Source: a virus (Duplodnaviria > Heunggongvirae > Uroviricota > Caudoviricetes). From it: a DNA stretch of 37,430 nt. Positions within the stretch are counted from its first letter, which is position 1. Every line of letters begins with the position of its first letter. Both the position numbers and the translations under genes were made by a program. Under the pieces are notes generated by a model. It was not told the DNA's origin, did no database searches, and worked only from the letters and a program-made list of their open reading frames with translations. Below are positions 8,331-16,710 of this stretch, one piece after another. Location of the stretch: IMG/VR virus record IMGVR_UViG_2585427768_000010; one strand, written 5' to 3'.

Positions 8331-8822
8331 ATGCAAATTTCACCGGTTACTCTTCGTGTTGCGAAGGCGTTTATATCCAGACATCACCGACACAATAAAC
8401 CCCCGGTGGGGCATAAATTCAGCATTGGTCTGAGAAATGATGCCGGAGAATTGATAGGTGTGGCGACAGCCGGTAGACCTGTTGCACGACATTTGGACGA
8501 TGGATTAACGCTTGAAGTAAATCGCACATGTACCACAGGAGAACGCAACGCTAACAGCGCACTTTATGGTGCTGTCTGGCGGGCAGCAAAGGCTATGGGT
8601 TATCAACGTTGTATTACGTACACCCAGGCAGATGAATCAGGAGCATCTCTCCGCGCAGCTGGTTTTGTTCGTGTGAAAGAGCTTCCTCCAAGAAAAAGCT
8701 GGGCGGAATCAAGCGTCGCCCTGCGGAGTAAACGCGATCCGGTCGGAAACGGTGGTGTTCCTCGTGTGCTCTGGGAAATCAGGAGAATGAGTACCACTGG
8801 CATTCGCATCAAAGGAGAGTGA
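8331..8822 (+). CDS. Hypothetical protein, possibly GNAT-fold acetyltransferase-like (163 aa)
   Basis: AGGAGAG Shine-Dalgarno; weak GNAT-like pattern (GERNANSALYGAVWRAAKAMGYQRCITYT...ASLRAAGFVRV); fold assignment tentative. Confidence 0.45.
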   Translation: MQISPVTLRVAKAFISRHHRHNKPPVGHKFSIGLRNDAGELIGVATAGRPVARHLDDGLTLEVNRTCTTGERNANSALYGAVWRAAKAMGYQRCITYTQADESGASLRAAGFVRVKELPPRKSWAESSVALRSKRDPVGNGGVPRVLWEIRRMSTTGIRIKGE

Positions 8823-9087
8823 TATGGCAACTTTGACAAAAAAAGAACAAGCATGGTTGAGCGAATTACAGGACGTTCTTGATCGCTGCCCATCACCGAA
8901 AAAAATTGGTTTTTACACCATTGGCGATAAAAGCATTTACCTGTATGACCTGCGCCGCATGGATGAAATCATGGAGGCTCTTGATAATCGTTCGTCAATG
9001 GATTGGTGTGTTGCTGTCCATGATATGAATGCAGGGTTTGATGAAAAGATTTTGTTCCCCTCATCAGTTGAAAGCACAGCAGGATAA
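8808..9087 (+). repeat. Direct repeat copy 1 (about 280 bp, carries the 87-aa ORF)
   Basis: Near-identical to 9495-9773 with a single synonymous difference noted. Confidence 0.9.
8824..9087 (+). CDS. Hypothetical protein (87 aa), copy 1
   Basis: ORF MATLTKKEQAWLSELQDVLDRCPSPKK...; Shine-Dalgarno AAAGGAGAG. Confidence 0.5.
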   Translation: MATLTKKEQAWLSELQDVLDRCPSPKKIGFYTIGDKSIYLYDLRRMDEIMEALDNRSSMDWCVAVHDMNAGFDEKILFPSSVESTAG

Positions 9088-9097
9088 GGACTAACAC

Positions 9098-9508
9098 ATG
9101 ACCACTATTACCAAAGAACGTATTGAATTGTTCATTAAAAATCCGCTTGAAAACGGGCTTACTCGTGACGAACAAATGGAACTGGCACGAATTGCACTGG
9201 CATCGCTGGAAGCAGAGGCAGTTATGTTCTGTATATCAGGACAAAATGTAGATTCAGAAGAACATGTATCAACCAGCAAAGCGGTTGTTGATGCCTGGGT
9301 TGAAGAATGGAATCAGGTTGACGGAAGTCCTGGCGAACCACTGTACAAAACTATGCCACTCTACTATCACGCTGCCTTGCCAGCGCCGGTAGTGCCGGAT
9401 GAAATGTATTGGCAGGATGCGCCAGTTGAAGGCAGCAGCAAAGCGGCTGCATACGCTACAGGCTGGAACGCCTGCCGCGCCGCTATGCTTCATGGGAAAG
9501 GAGAGTGA
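9098..9508 (+). CDS. Hypothetical protein (136 aa)
   Basis: ORF flanked on both sides by the 280-bp direct repeat. Confidence 0.5.
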   Translation: MTTITKERIELFIKNPLENGLTRDEQMELARIALASLEAEAVMFCISGQNVDSEEHVSTSKAVVDAWVEEWNQVDGSPGEPLYKTMPLYYHAALPAPVVPDEMYWQDAPVEGSSKAAAYATGWNACRAAMLHGKGE

Positions 9509-9773
9509 TATGGCAACTTTGACAAAAAAAGAACAAGCATGGTTGAGCGAATTACAGGACGTTCTTGATCGCTGTCCATCACCGAAAAAAATTGGTTTTT
9601 ACACCATTGGCGATAAAAGCATTTACCTGTATGACCTGCGCCGCATGGATGAAATCATGGAGGCTCTTGATAATCGTTCGTCAATGGATTGGTGTGTTGC
9701 TGTCCATGATATGAATGCAGGGTTTGATGAAAAGATTTTGTTCCCCTCATCAGTTGAAAGCACAGCAGGATAA
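9495..9773 (+). repeat. Direct repeat copy 2 (about 280 bp)
   Basis: Near-identical to 8808-9087. Confidence 0.9.
9511..9773 (+). CDS. Hypothetical protein (87 aa), copy 2, identical to the 8824-9087 product
   Basis: Identical translation; true start is the ATG at 9511, not the longer track ORF 9399-9773. Confidence 0.5.
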
Positions 9774-9807
9774 GGACCCAGCAAATATACACAACCTATA
9801 AAACACT

Positions 9808-9834
9808 AAAGCGCCTCAGGGGCGCTTTTTGTTT
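9808..9834 (+). terminator. Rho-independent terminator after the hotspot genes
   Basis: AGCGCC-TCAG-GGCGCT stem-loop followed by TTTTTGTTT. Confidence 0.6.
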
Positions 9835-9866
9835 GCACAAAAGTGCACAAATTTGCACAATTTTTT
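9834..9866. repeat. Three tandem TGCACAA motifs spaced 4-5 nt apart
   Basis: ttgcacaaaagtgcacaaatttgcacaa; a fourth TGCACAA lies at about 9926-9932. Confidence 0.5.
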
Positions 9867-10242
9867 TGAACGACTTTTTACCCTTCCGGCCCGCATGGCG
9901 GCTGGATCCGTCAAGGATCCGTGCGTGCACAAAAAAACGCGCTTTTTCTGCGCGCAGGTGACGGGGGAACAGCCCGCGTTTCAGGGGGTAAATAGCATTC
10001 CCTGAACGATGTCGCAGAGACACAACAGAATGGCCATATTTCTCACGCTGAGCATGAAAAAGGCGTGAGGGCTTTTGATTTGATGGGGTGAAAGGTAAGG
10101 CCGTCAAAATCGCACTGAGGCAGCGAGAACATACAGTCAACGCGGTGGAATTGCGTAAGAGTCTGACCGTCGATGGTGGCGATAAACTGGAAGGCGTCGT
10201 GAAATTATCTGATTGATACAGGAGCTGGAGAGCCGGGGCATA

Positions 10243-10271
10243 AATTTTTTATGCCCCGGCGAAGCAGCAGA
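10243..10271. other. Perfect 13-bp inverted repeat with 3-nt spacer (GCCGGGGCATAAA ttt TTTATGCCCCGGC) in ORF-free region
   Basis: Seen directly; lies in the ORF-poor 9.78-10.33 kb interval where the cos site is expected. Confidence 0.5.
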
Positions 10272-10359
10272 CAAGCGAAGCGCGTCAGCGATACGGCACC
10301 TTGCCGACCATACTTCATAAGTGCAAAATACGAGCAAAGAAATCAATGGAGGCTGTCTT

Positions 10360-10884
10360 ATGGTCATTAATTACAAGCAGTTAAGAGAAAAACGGGAGCA
10401 GGTAAAGGAGAGCTTTCGCCGCAATGAAGATCTGACCCCGCTTGTACGCCTTGCCCAGGGCATTGTTGATGCTTATGAAATCTCGCTGGAGCTGCCATCA
10501 CAGACCTGGACAGATAGCGACGGTAATCGCCAGCATTACGTTTCATGCGGACTGGAAGCAGCCGAAGGATTTCGCAGAATGCCTTTATCCCAGATCCCTG
10601 CCGCTACCCCCAAAGCATGGGGCAGCAATGATGAGCGAAAACTGACTTTTAGTATTGAAACGGTGGTTGACGACACACCTGGCGAAGTCGCGTTCGTACA
10701 CACTCCTGTTTCGATCGCAATGTATAACGATGAAATACAGGTTCGCGTTAATAATAATATCGTGCCACTTAAAGAAGGTAATTCACCCTACACCACCGTT
10801 TGTGAAGCCATTCAATATTACGTTCTCTCTGAAATTGATAATCTCAAGCCTGACGGCACCCAGAAAATGGTTCAACTCTGGTAA
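10360..10884 (+). CDS. Hypothetical protein (174 aa from ATG 10360)
   Basis: GGAGG Shine-Dalgarno before ATG 10360; convergent with Q and sharing a terminator. Confidence 0.5.
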   Translation: MVINYKQLREKREQVKESFRRNEDLTPLVRLAQGIVDAYEISLELPSQTWTDSDGNRQHYVSCGLEAAEGFRRMPLSQIPAATPKAWGSNDERKLTFSIETVVDDTPGEVAFVHTPVSIAMYNDEIQVRVNNNIVPLKEGNSPYTTVCEAIQYYVLSEIDNLKPDGTQKMVQLW

Positions 10885-10889
10885 AAAGG

Positions 10890-10915
10890 ACAGCCCCATC
10901 ACGGGGCTGTTTTTT
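10890..10915. terminator. Bidirectional rho-independent terminator between the 174-aa gene and Q
   Basis: CAGCCCC-ATCA-CGGGGCTG hairpin flanked by A-run and T-run. Confidence 0.6.
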
Positions 10916-11945
10916 CATCAAGAAGAGCATAAGAGTTAAAACGGATCACCTCTTCGCCAAGCCAGTCATTGATGTGCTTCATAGCCTCCATGACGGGCAT
11001 CAGCTCGTTAATTGCGTAAACCCGCGCTGCCTTCTCCACATCGCCAAACGCACTTTTTTCGCCCGGCATCGCCCCCATCAGTTGCGGCGGAACGCGGTGC
11101 GCAGCCAGCACATCATCACGGGATGCCGCCTTAACATTCATGAATTCATCTTTTGCGGTGATCTGCTGGAACGGCAAAATTTGCACCCCCTCTTTGCCCC
11201 CGTTGGGCGCATGAATGAGCACGTTTTTAAACGCACCACCACCACGTGCCCCCTGTAGCGTTTCTTTCAGGGAGTCCATGCTTTCGCGGTTTACCTGCGC
11301 TGCACCGATGTAGATGATGCACCCGGCGTGGGATCCGTTGTCGTAGTACAGTTTTCTGAACATGTCCGCCGAATGAGAAAGGCTGGCCGAGAGTAATGCG
11401 CCAAGATATTCCGGCATGCCGTAGATTTCCTGGTTAATATCCGGATTCATCAGGTGGCACACTTTGCCAGGACGAAACTGAAACGCGTCCTTGCCATCCT
11501 GCACATACCACCATGATTCAAGATCGCTTCCGCGTCGCATGTATTTCGCCAGGGCGTGCCGTAATTTAAGCGGTTCGCCGAGCATATTGCTTCGAAGCTC
11601 AAGGAATGCGTTACCGAACACAAACCAGTCCAGCGCCAGCGCCGAGAAATCCTGCCGGGAAAGCAGCGGGTGCGGGATGTAGCAACCGAGTAATACATTG
11701 CGCTTAAAGTAAAGCGCAGACTGATGCCAGGACGTTTGCCGGGCAGCTCTTGCCAGACCGTACCAGTCCACCGGGGTTTCATACCACCGCCCGTTATCAG
11801 CACAGTACATATTGTCCAGCAGGTCATGCCCGGTCAGGCGATAAGGACCATCAAATGTGAATGCACTGAGCGATGATTCTTTCCTGAGCGCATCAGCGAG
11901 ATCAATGCGTGAACTCATGCGCACTTTTTTATTTTTTCTGCTCAT
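10899..11945 (-). CDS. Q: Portal protein (P2 gpQ-like, 348 aa)
   Basis: Size and position downstream of terminase P on minus strand; ATGA overlap with P stop. Confidence 0.85.
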   Translation of the reverse strand: MSRKNKKVRMSSRIDLADALRKESSLSAFTFDGPYRLTGHDLLDNMYCADNGRWYETPVDWYGLARAARQTSWHQSALYFKRNVLLGCYIPHPLLSRQDFSALALDWFVFGNAFLELRSNMLGEPLKLRHALAKYMRRGSDLESWWYVQDGKDAFQFRPGKVCHLMNPDINQEIYGMPEYLGALLSASLSHSADMFRKLYYDNGSHAGCIIYIGAAQVNRESMDSLKETLQGARGGGAFKNVLIHAPNGGKEGVQILPFQQITAKDEFMNVKAASRDDVLAAHRVPPQLMGAMPGEKSAFGDVEKAARVYAINELMPVMEAMKHINDWLGEEVIRFNSYALLDEKTAP

Positions 11946-13696
11946 CAGAACTCCATAACTGTGAAACGCTCGTTTTCTCCTTCGCCGCCAATTGGTTCGT
12001 TAATGACAGCAAGCATGGTTGCCCACGCAAGGTCGCCGTGGCTGATCCCCCTCGCGCGGTCCGTTTCGTAAGTGATAAAGCCGCCCGGTGTTTTCACCTT
12101 ACGCACGGCGTTAAAGGCTGCGACCAGCTCGCGTTCGGCGCGATCGTATTCCCACCGCCCGGCACGCATTATTTGCAGCATTTTCAGTACCAGCGACCGT
12201 TTTGATGACAGCGTGAAGGTGTACGGAATAGCAGCAGGGAAAAACCGTTTCACTATCTGATAAACAGCCTCCCCGTTCCCGCCCGTCACATCAATGCCGA
12301 TGTGTTCCACGTTGTAGCGACACGTGAACTCTTCAATGACTCTGGCCTGTTCTTCAAACTCCAGCCCCTGAACGCGTCGCGTCTCCACCGTTCGAAAACG
12401 GCCACCAGGAACAGACGGAGGAACCACCACGGACACAGCGCCGCTGTCGCCGTTGCCACTGCTGCCGTTTGCGTCATACCCAATCCATACCGGACGATTC
12501 CCCATCGGGCGGGGAGCAAAAGGTTTCCAGTCTTTCCAGTCGTCGTATCCGTCAACACCACAGCCAATCAGGATATTCAGGTTAAATGCCGATTCCCCTT
12601 CGCGGACAAACTCACACATATAGAGATTGAGGAACTCGTCTTCGGTGTTTTCATCACGAATTTCATCAATATCGGTGTGTTTCCAGCCGTGATTAACCAC
12701 ATCTTCCAGCGTGACAATTTGCCGCCACGTCCGGTCAGGGCAGATAAGCCCGTTATGCAGCGTTTTCCAGTCCACAGAAAAACGCTGGCGTTTATGCGTG
12801 GCCTTTTTCTCGTTCCAGCGGTCGCCGTTCCAGTAGGCGTATGCCTCGTGCGTTTCGGTGGATGGCGTGGAGAAGTAGGTGCGCCGCAGTCCGCTGAGGG
12901 TTGCCATAGCGCCAGCCACCTTGCGCAGTTCAGCAAAGCGACTGACCCAGAAAAATTCATCAAAATAAAAATTGCCCGTATAGGACTGCGCCGACGCAGC
13001 AGAAGTGCCGAGAAAATGCAGCTCTGCGCCGTTGGAGAGGATGATTTTATCGCCCCCTTTCAGCTCCACATCAACTTCAGCCGCGGCCTTCTGAATAATG
13101 CTTTTAAACTGGAACGCCTGACGACGCGACGCAGACAAAAAAATCTGGTTACGCTGGTAAGGTTGCGCCACATCGTCACGCAGCGCCATCAGCAGTGCTT
13201 CCTGTGCAAAATACCAGGTCGCGCCAATCTGTCGGGATTTCAGGATCATCCTGTTACGTATCCCGGCTTCCCTGCAAAGGGTCAGGGAGTCAAACCAGCC
13301 CCGCTGATGCCACTCCAGCCTGCTGATGATTTTTTCCCGCAGTGCGACAATCTGTTCCGGCGTGAAATGATTTTTGAGTTTTTTCGCCCGGCCTTTCTTT
13401 CCTGTGGCCGTCGCATCCGGCTGGCCATCATGCATTTTTTTAAGCTGCCGGGTCAGCAGGTCTATTTCCTTAAAGTCACCGCCTGTTTTATTCTGTTTTT
13501 CAGTAAGCTGGATGAGGCGCGCATCGATGGACTGCGTGACACGCTGCACGGGTGGCGTTTCATCCCACTGGTCGCGTTTTTTCCACGCATAAATCGTGTT
13601 CGGGTTTATTCCCATCAGACGTGATATTTCTGCGGGCGGATAACCCTGCCAGTAAAGTTGCCGCGCACGCTGGCGCACAAAAGCGTCCTGAATCAT
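11945..13696 (-). CDS. P: Terminase large (ATPase) subunit (P2 gpP-like, 583 aa)
   Basis: Size close to P2 gpP and divergent from the capsid operon as in P2. Confidence 0.85.
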   Translation of the reverse strand: MIQDAFVRQRARQLYWQGYPPAEISRLMGINPNTIYAWKKRDQWDETPPVQRVTQSIDARLIQLTEKQNKTGGDFKEIDLLTRQLKKMHDGQPDATATGKKGRAKKLKNHFTPEQIVALREKIISRLEWHQRGWFDSLTLCREAGIRNRMILKSRQIGATWYFAQEALLMALRDDVAQPYQRNQIFLSASRRQAFQFKSIIQKAAAEVDVELKGGDKIILSNGAELHFLGTSAASAQSYTGNFYFDEFFWVSRFAELRKVAGAMATLSGLRRTYFSTPSTETHEAYAYWNGDRWNEKKATHKRQRFSVDWKTLHNGLICPDRTWRQIVTLEDVVNHGWKHTDIDEIRDENTEDEFLNLYMCEFVREGESAFNLNILIGCGVDGYDDWKDWKPFAPRPMGNRPVWIGYDANGSSGNGDSGAVSVVVPPSVPGGRFRTVETRRVQGLEFEEQARVIEEFTCRYNVEHIGIDVTGGNGEAVYQIVKRFFPAAIPYTFTLSSKRSLVLKMLQIMRAGRWEYDRAERELVAAFNAVRKVKTPGGFITYETDRARGISHGDLAWATMLAVINEPIGGEGENERFTVMEF

Positions 13697-13744
13697 TGCT
13701 CCCCCTGAGTAATTACAGGAAGATTACCCGCGCGCGAAACCGTT

Positions 13745-13800
13745 CTCCTTACCCCCCTGTTCTGGCCGTTTTCTTACAACAAAAGCCCTTTGTATCAGCC
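13745..13800. promoter_or_regulatory. Candidate late-promoter activator element in the P/O divergent intergenic region
   Basis: CCCCTGTTCTGGCCGTTTTCTTACAACAAAAG followed by CCCTTTGTATC; the same two motifs recur in the FI/D intergenic region. Confidence 0.4.
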
Positions 13801-13850
13801 TGTTACGCTTTGCCATCATGACTGAAGAACCAGTCAGAGGGGCAAAAACT

Positions 13851-14687
13851 ATGGCTAATGAAAAAAAGACATCCCGCAAAAAGTTTCGCGTGGCTGTCTC
13901 CGGATCAACTGTTGATGGCCGCGAAATCAGCCCGGTACATCTGCGTGAAGCCGCCGAGAACTTCAACCCGGATGTTTACGCTGCCCGCGTGAACGTTGAG
14001 CACTATCTCTCGCCATGCCCGTCAAGCGAATTTTCCGCAATGGGCGATGTCACCGCGCTGAGTACGGAAGATATTACGGAAGGCCCGCTGGCCGGACGTA
14101 CTGCGCTGTATGCAGAAATCGAACCGACCGAGCGCATGAAGCAGCTTGTCGCTGACGGCAAGAAAATCTATTCCAGTATCGAACTGCACCCGCAGTTCTC
14201 CGTTAACGGGCGCGCCTATCTGGTCGGGCTGGCGATGACCGACACCCCGGCAAGCCTGGGCACTGAGCGCCTGAAATTCACGGCACAGCAACGTCAGGCG
14301 GTGATGACGTTCAACAGTATCCAGGGTGAAGCGCCGCTTATCTCCGAAGCCATTGAGTCTGAAATCATCGAAATGGCAGAACAACGCCAGGAAGAAGGCA
14401 CCCAGTGGTTTAACCGCGTAATGGGGATTATTGGCCGTGGCCGCAAAGCGGATGACGCCAGTTTTTCCCGTATTCAGGAAGCGGTGGAAGGCGTCGCAAC
14501 GTCACAGGCCGACATTATCGACCGTTTTAATGTGCTGGAAGCCCGCCATCAGCAGGACCGCCAGAAAATCACGTCACTGACCACAGAGCTGACAGCATTG
14601 AAGGAAAAACTGCGCACGCAGGACGGCGATCCGCAGAACCGCTTCACCGCAACGGGCGCAGCCTCCGACCAGCTGGCTGACTTCTGA
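13851..14687 (+). CDS. O: Capsid scaffolding protein (P2 gpO-like, 278 aa from ATG 13851)
   Basis: GAGGGG Shine-Dalgarno before ATG 13851; position before major capsid gene. Confidence 0.8.
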   Translation: MANEKKTSRKKFRVAVSGSTVDGREISPVHLREAAENFNPDVYAARVNVEHYLSPCPSSEFSAMGDVTALSTEDITEGPLAGRTALYAEIEPTERMKQLVADGKKIYSSIELHPQFSVNGRAYLVGLAMTDTPASLGTERLKFTAQQRQAVMTFNSIQGEAPLISEAIESEIIEMAEQRQEEGTQWFNRVMGIIGRGRKADDASFSRIQEAVEGVATSQADIIDRFNVLEARHQQDRQKITSLTTELTALKEKLRTQDGDPQNRFTATGAASDQLADF

Positions 14688-14710
14688 TAAGACAAAGGAG
14701 CAAATTTTTT

Positions 14711-15763
14711 ATGAATCTGGTGATGTCAGATATTACCCGCAACAAGCTGGGTTGCTATATGGCGAAGCAGGCGTCGCTTAACAATATCCCGGTATCTGCA
14801 CTGGTATCGCGATTTACCGTGGAACCCGCGGTGCAGCAGCGTTTTGAAAACGCCTCAAAGGAAAGTACCGAATTTACGAAAAGAATTAACGTGATCGGCG
14901 TGACCGACCAGAAAGGCGAAAAAATCCTCCTGGACACCACCGGGCCAATTGCGCGCACGAATAGCAGTTATGACGGCATCAAACGCCGTAACCCGAATAA
15001 CGTGATCGATATGAAGTCTCGTCAGTACCAGTGCGAACAGGTGAACTACGATACCTTTATTTCGTACCCACAGCTTGATACCTGGGCGGCCCACAGCGAT
15101 TTTCAGTCCCGTATCAGTACACAGATCGCCCGGCAGGTAGCGCTTGATCGCATCATGATTGGCTTTAACGGCACATCCCACGCCTACGAGTCTGATTTTC
15201 ACACCAACAAGCTGCTTCAGGACGTTAACGTGGGCTGGCTGGAGCACATCAGAACCGATGCCAGCGAGCGCGTAATGAATGACGTGACGCTGACCTCCCG
15301 CAACATGGACAACACTGTGGCGCACGCGGGTAAGTATGCGAATGCCGATGCTCTGGTACAGGATGCGCGCTCATCCCTGCTGGATGAATGGCACAAGGAA
15401 GCTGACGACCTCGTGGTGATTATGGGGCGCAACCTGTTTAACTCGCTGCGTCTGCCCGTGCTGAACAGCATCAGCGGCCAGAATCCCAATGCGGAATTAC
15501 TTGCCGGGCAGCTCATCCTGTCATCGCGCACCATTGGCGGGCTGGGCGTGTTCCTTGCGCCGTTCTTCCCGGATGCAACGATGCTTATCACCTCGTTCAA
15601 CAACCTGTCGATTTACTGGCAGAAAGGTTCAATGCGTCGCCTGATGAAAGACGAGCCGGAATACAACCGCATCGCCACCTACCAGTCCATCAATGACGCT
15701 TATGTCGTTGAAGACTATGGCAAGTGCGCGATGGTCACTGGCCTGAAGTTCGCCGACAGCTAA
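14711..15763 (+). CDS. N: Major capsid protein (P2 gpN-like, 350 aa)
   Basis: Shares P2 gpN blocks FTVEP, GEKI, FNG, LQDVNVGWL, LVVIMGR, FFPDATMLIT, LSIY, YVVEDY. Confidence 0.9.
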   Translation: MNLVMSDITRNKLGCYMAKQASLNNIPVSALVSRFTVEPAVQQRFENASKESTEFTKRINVIGVTDQKGEKILLDTTGPIARTNSSYDGIKRRNPNNVIDMKSRQYQCEQVNYDTFISYPQLDTWAAHSDFQSRISTQIARQVALDRIMIGFNGTSHAYESDFHTNKLLQDVNVGWLEHIRTDASERVMNDVTLTSRNMDNTVAHAGKYANADALVQDARSSLLDEWHKEADDLVVIMGRNLFNSLRLPVLNSISGQNPNAELLAGQLILSSRTIGGLGVFLAPFFPDATMLITSFNNLSIYWQKGSMRRLMKDEPEYNRIATYQSINDAYVVEDYGKCAMVTGLKFADS

Positions 15764-15808
15764 TCAACTCACGGCGGGCATCATGCCCGCCTGTAACGGA
15801 GAGAAAAA

Positions 15809-16609
15809 ATGATTACTCCTGCACAACAACACTGGCAGAACGTGATGGCACAGCGCGCAGGCCGGGCGAATGAAGGTGTGGACCACGCCGCGTGTACCGC
15901 GCATGAAGAGGTGCTGTATCGTCTGCGTCTGGCACAGGCCAGGCTAAAGGCCATACAGGCCAGAAGCGCGAAAGCCGCCATCAAAAAAGAGTTGTTGCCG
16001 GACTTTTCCGGCTGGATTGAGGGAACGCTGGAGGCTGACGGCGGGCAACAGGACGAAGTAATTGCCACGCTGATGGTGTGGGCGATTGACTGCGGCGATC
16101 TTCCGCTGGCGCTGCGTATTGGTGCATATGTGGTCCGTCACAACCTCATCATGCCGGATAACTTTGGCCGTACTGCTGCCACGGTACTGACCGAAGAAAT
16201 CTGCAACCCGGTACTGACGCAGGCCGGGACGGATGCCGACGCGGATTTATCCGCCTTTATCGAACCACTGGACACACTTTGGGAAATTGTCGCCAACCAG
16301 GACATTCCGGACGAAGTGCGCGCCAAATTATGCAAGGCGTGTGCCTTTGCCCGTCGTGGCCTGACCGATGCAGACAACATGGCCTCATCACTGAAGCTGC
16401 TGCGCGAAGCGATGCACCTGAACCCGAACGCAGGTGTGAAACGCGAGATTGCAACCCTTTCCCGCGCCCTGAAAAAAGCCGATTCCGCAGCCGAACCAGA
16501 AGACGCCAGCGCACAGCAGGCGCAGGACGAAAGCAGCAAAAGTAAAAAGACAACGCGGAAGCCTGCAACACGAAAAACCACCGCGACGCAGAAGGCAAAG
16601 CGCGGTTAA
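15809..16609 (+). CDS. M: Terminase small / endonuclease subunit (P2 gpM-like, 266 aa)
   Basis: Position and size; basic C-terminal tail. Confidence 0.8.
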   Translation: MITPAQQHWQNVMAQRAGRANEGVDHAACTAHEEVLYRLRLAQARLKAIQARSAKAAIKKELLPDFSGWIEGTLEADGGQQDEVIATLMVWAIDCGDLPLALRIGAYVVRHNLIMPDNFGRTAATVLTEEICNPVLTQAGTDADADLSAFIEPLDTLWEIVANQDIPDEVRAKLCKACAFARRGLTDADNMASSLKLLREAMHLNPNAGVKREIATLSRALKKADSAAEPEDASAQQAQDESSKSKKTTRKPATRKTTATQKAKRG

Positions 16610-16710
16610 CGACTGACCCCGTCAGCGGGCGGCGTGCGCGGTGTTCCGGTTTGACTCCGTGACCGTTTACACCGCGCACCCACCGCCCGATTTTTTCAGG
16701 AGTGAACCCC

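Noticed and set aside
9399-9773. 124-aa track ORF extending the second 87-aa gene upstream
   Set aside because: The extension is an alternative frame inside the 136-aa gene; the real start is the ATG at 9511 with the conserved AGGAGAGTGA junction.
9796-10367. 114-aa and 76-aa minus-strand ORFs in the post-hotspot region
   Set aside because: Arg-rich, no Shine-Dalgarno, and they span the terminator and palindrome; the region is more likely non-coding (cos and regulatory).
12302-13624. 440-aa ORF on the plus strand
   Set aside because: Lies entirely antisense to the terminase large subunit gene P, has Arg/Pro-rich low-complexity composition and no RBS; judged spurious.
13745-13800. Exact TGT-N12-ACA Ogr-binding dyad
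   Set aside because: Counting gives TGT/ACA spacings of 15-20 nt rather than 12, so I report only the shared motif and do not call a canonical Ogr site.
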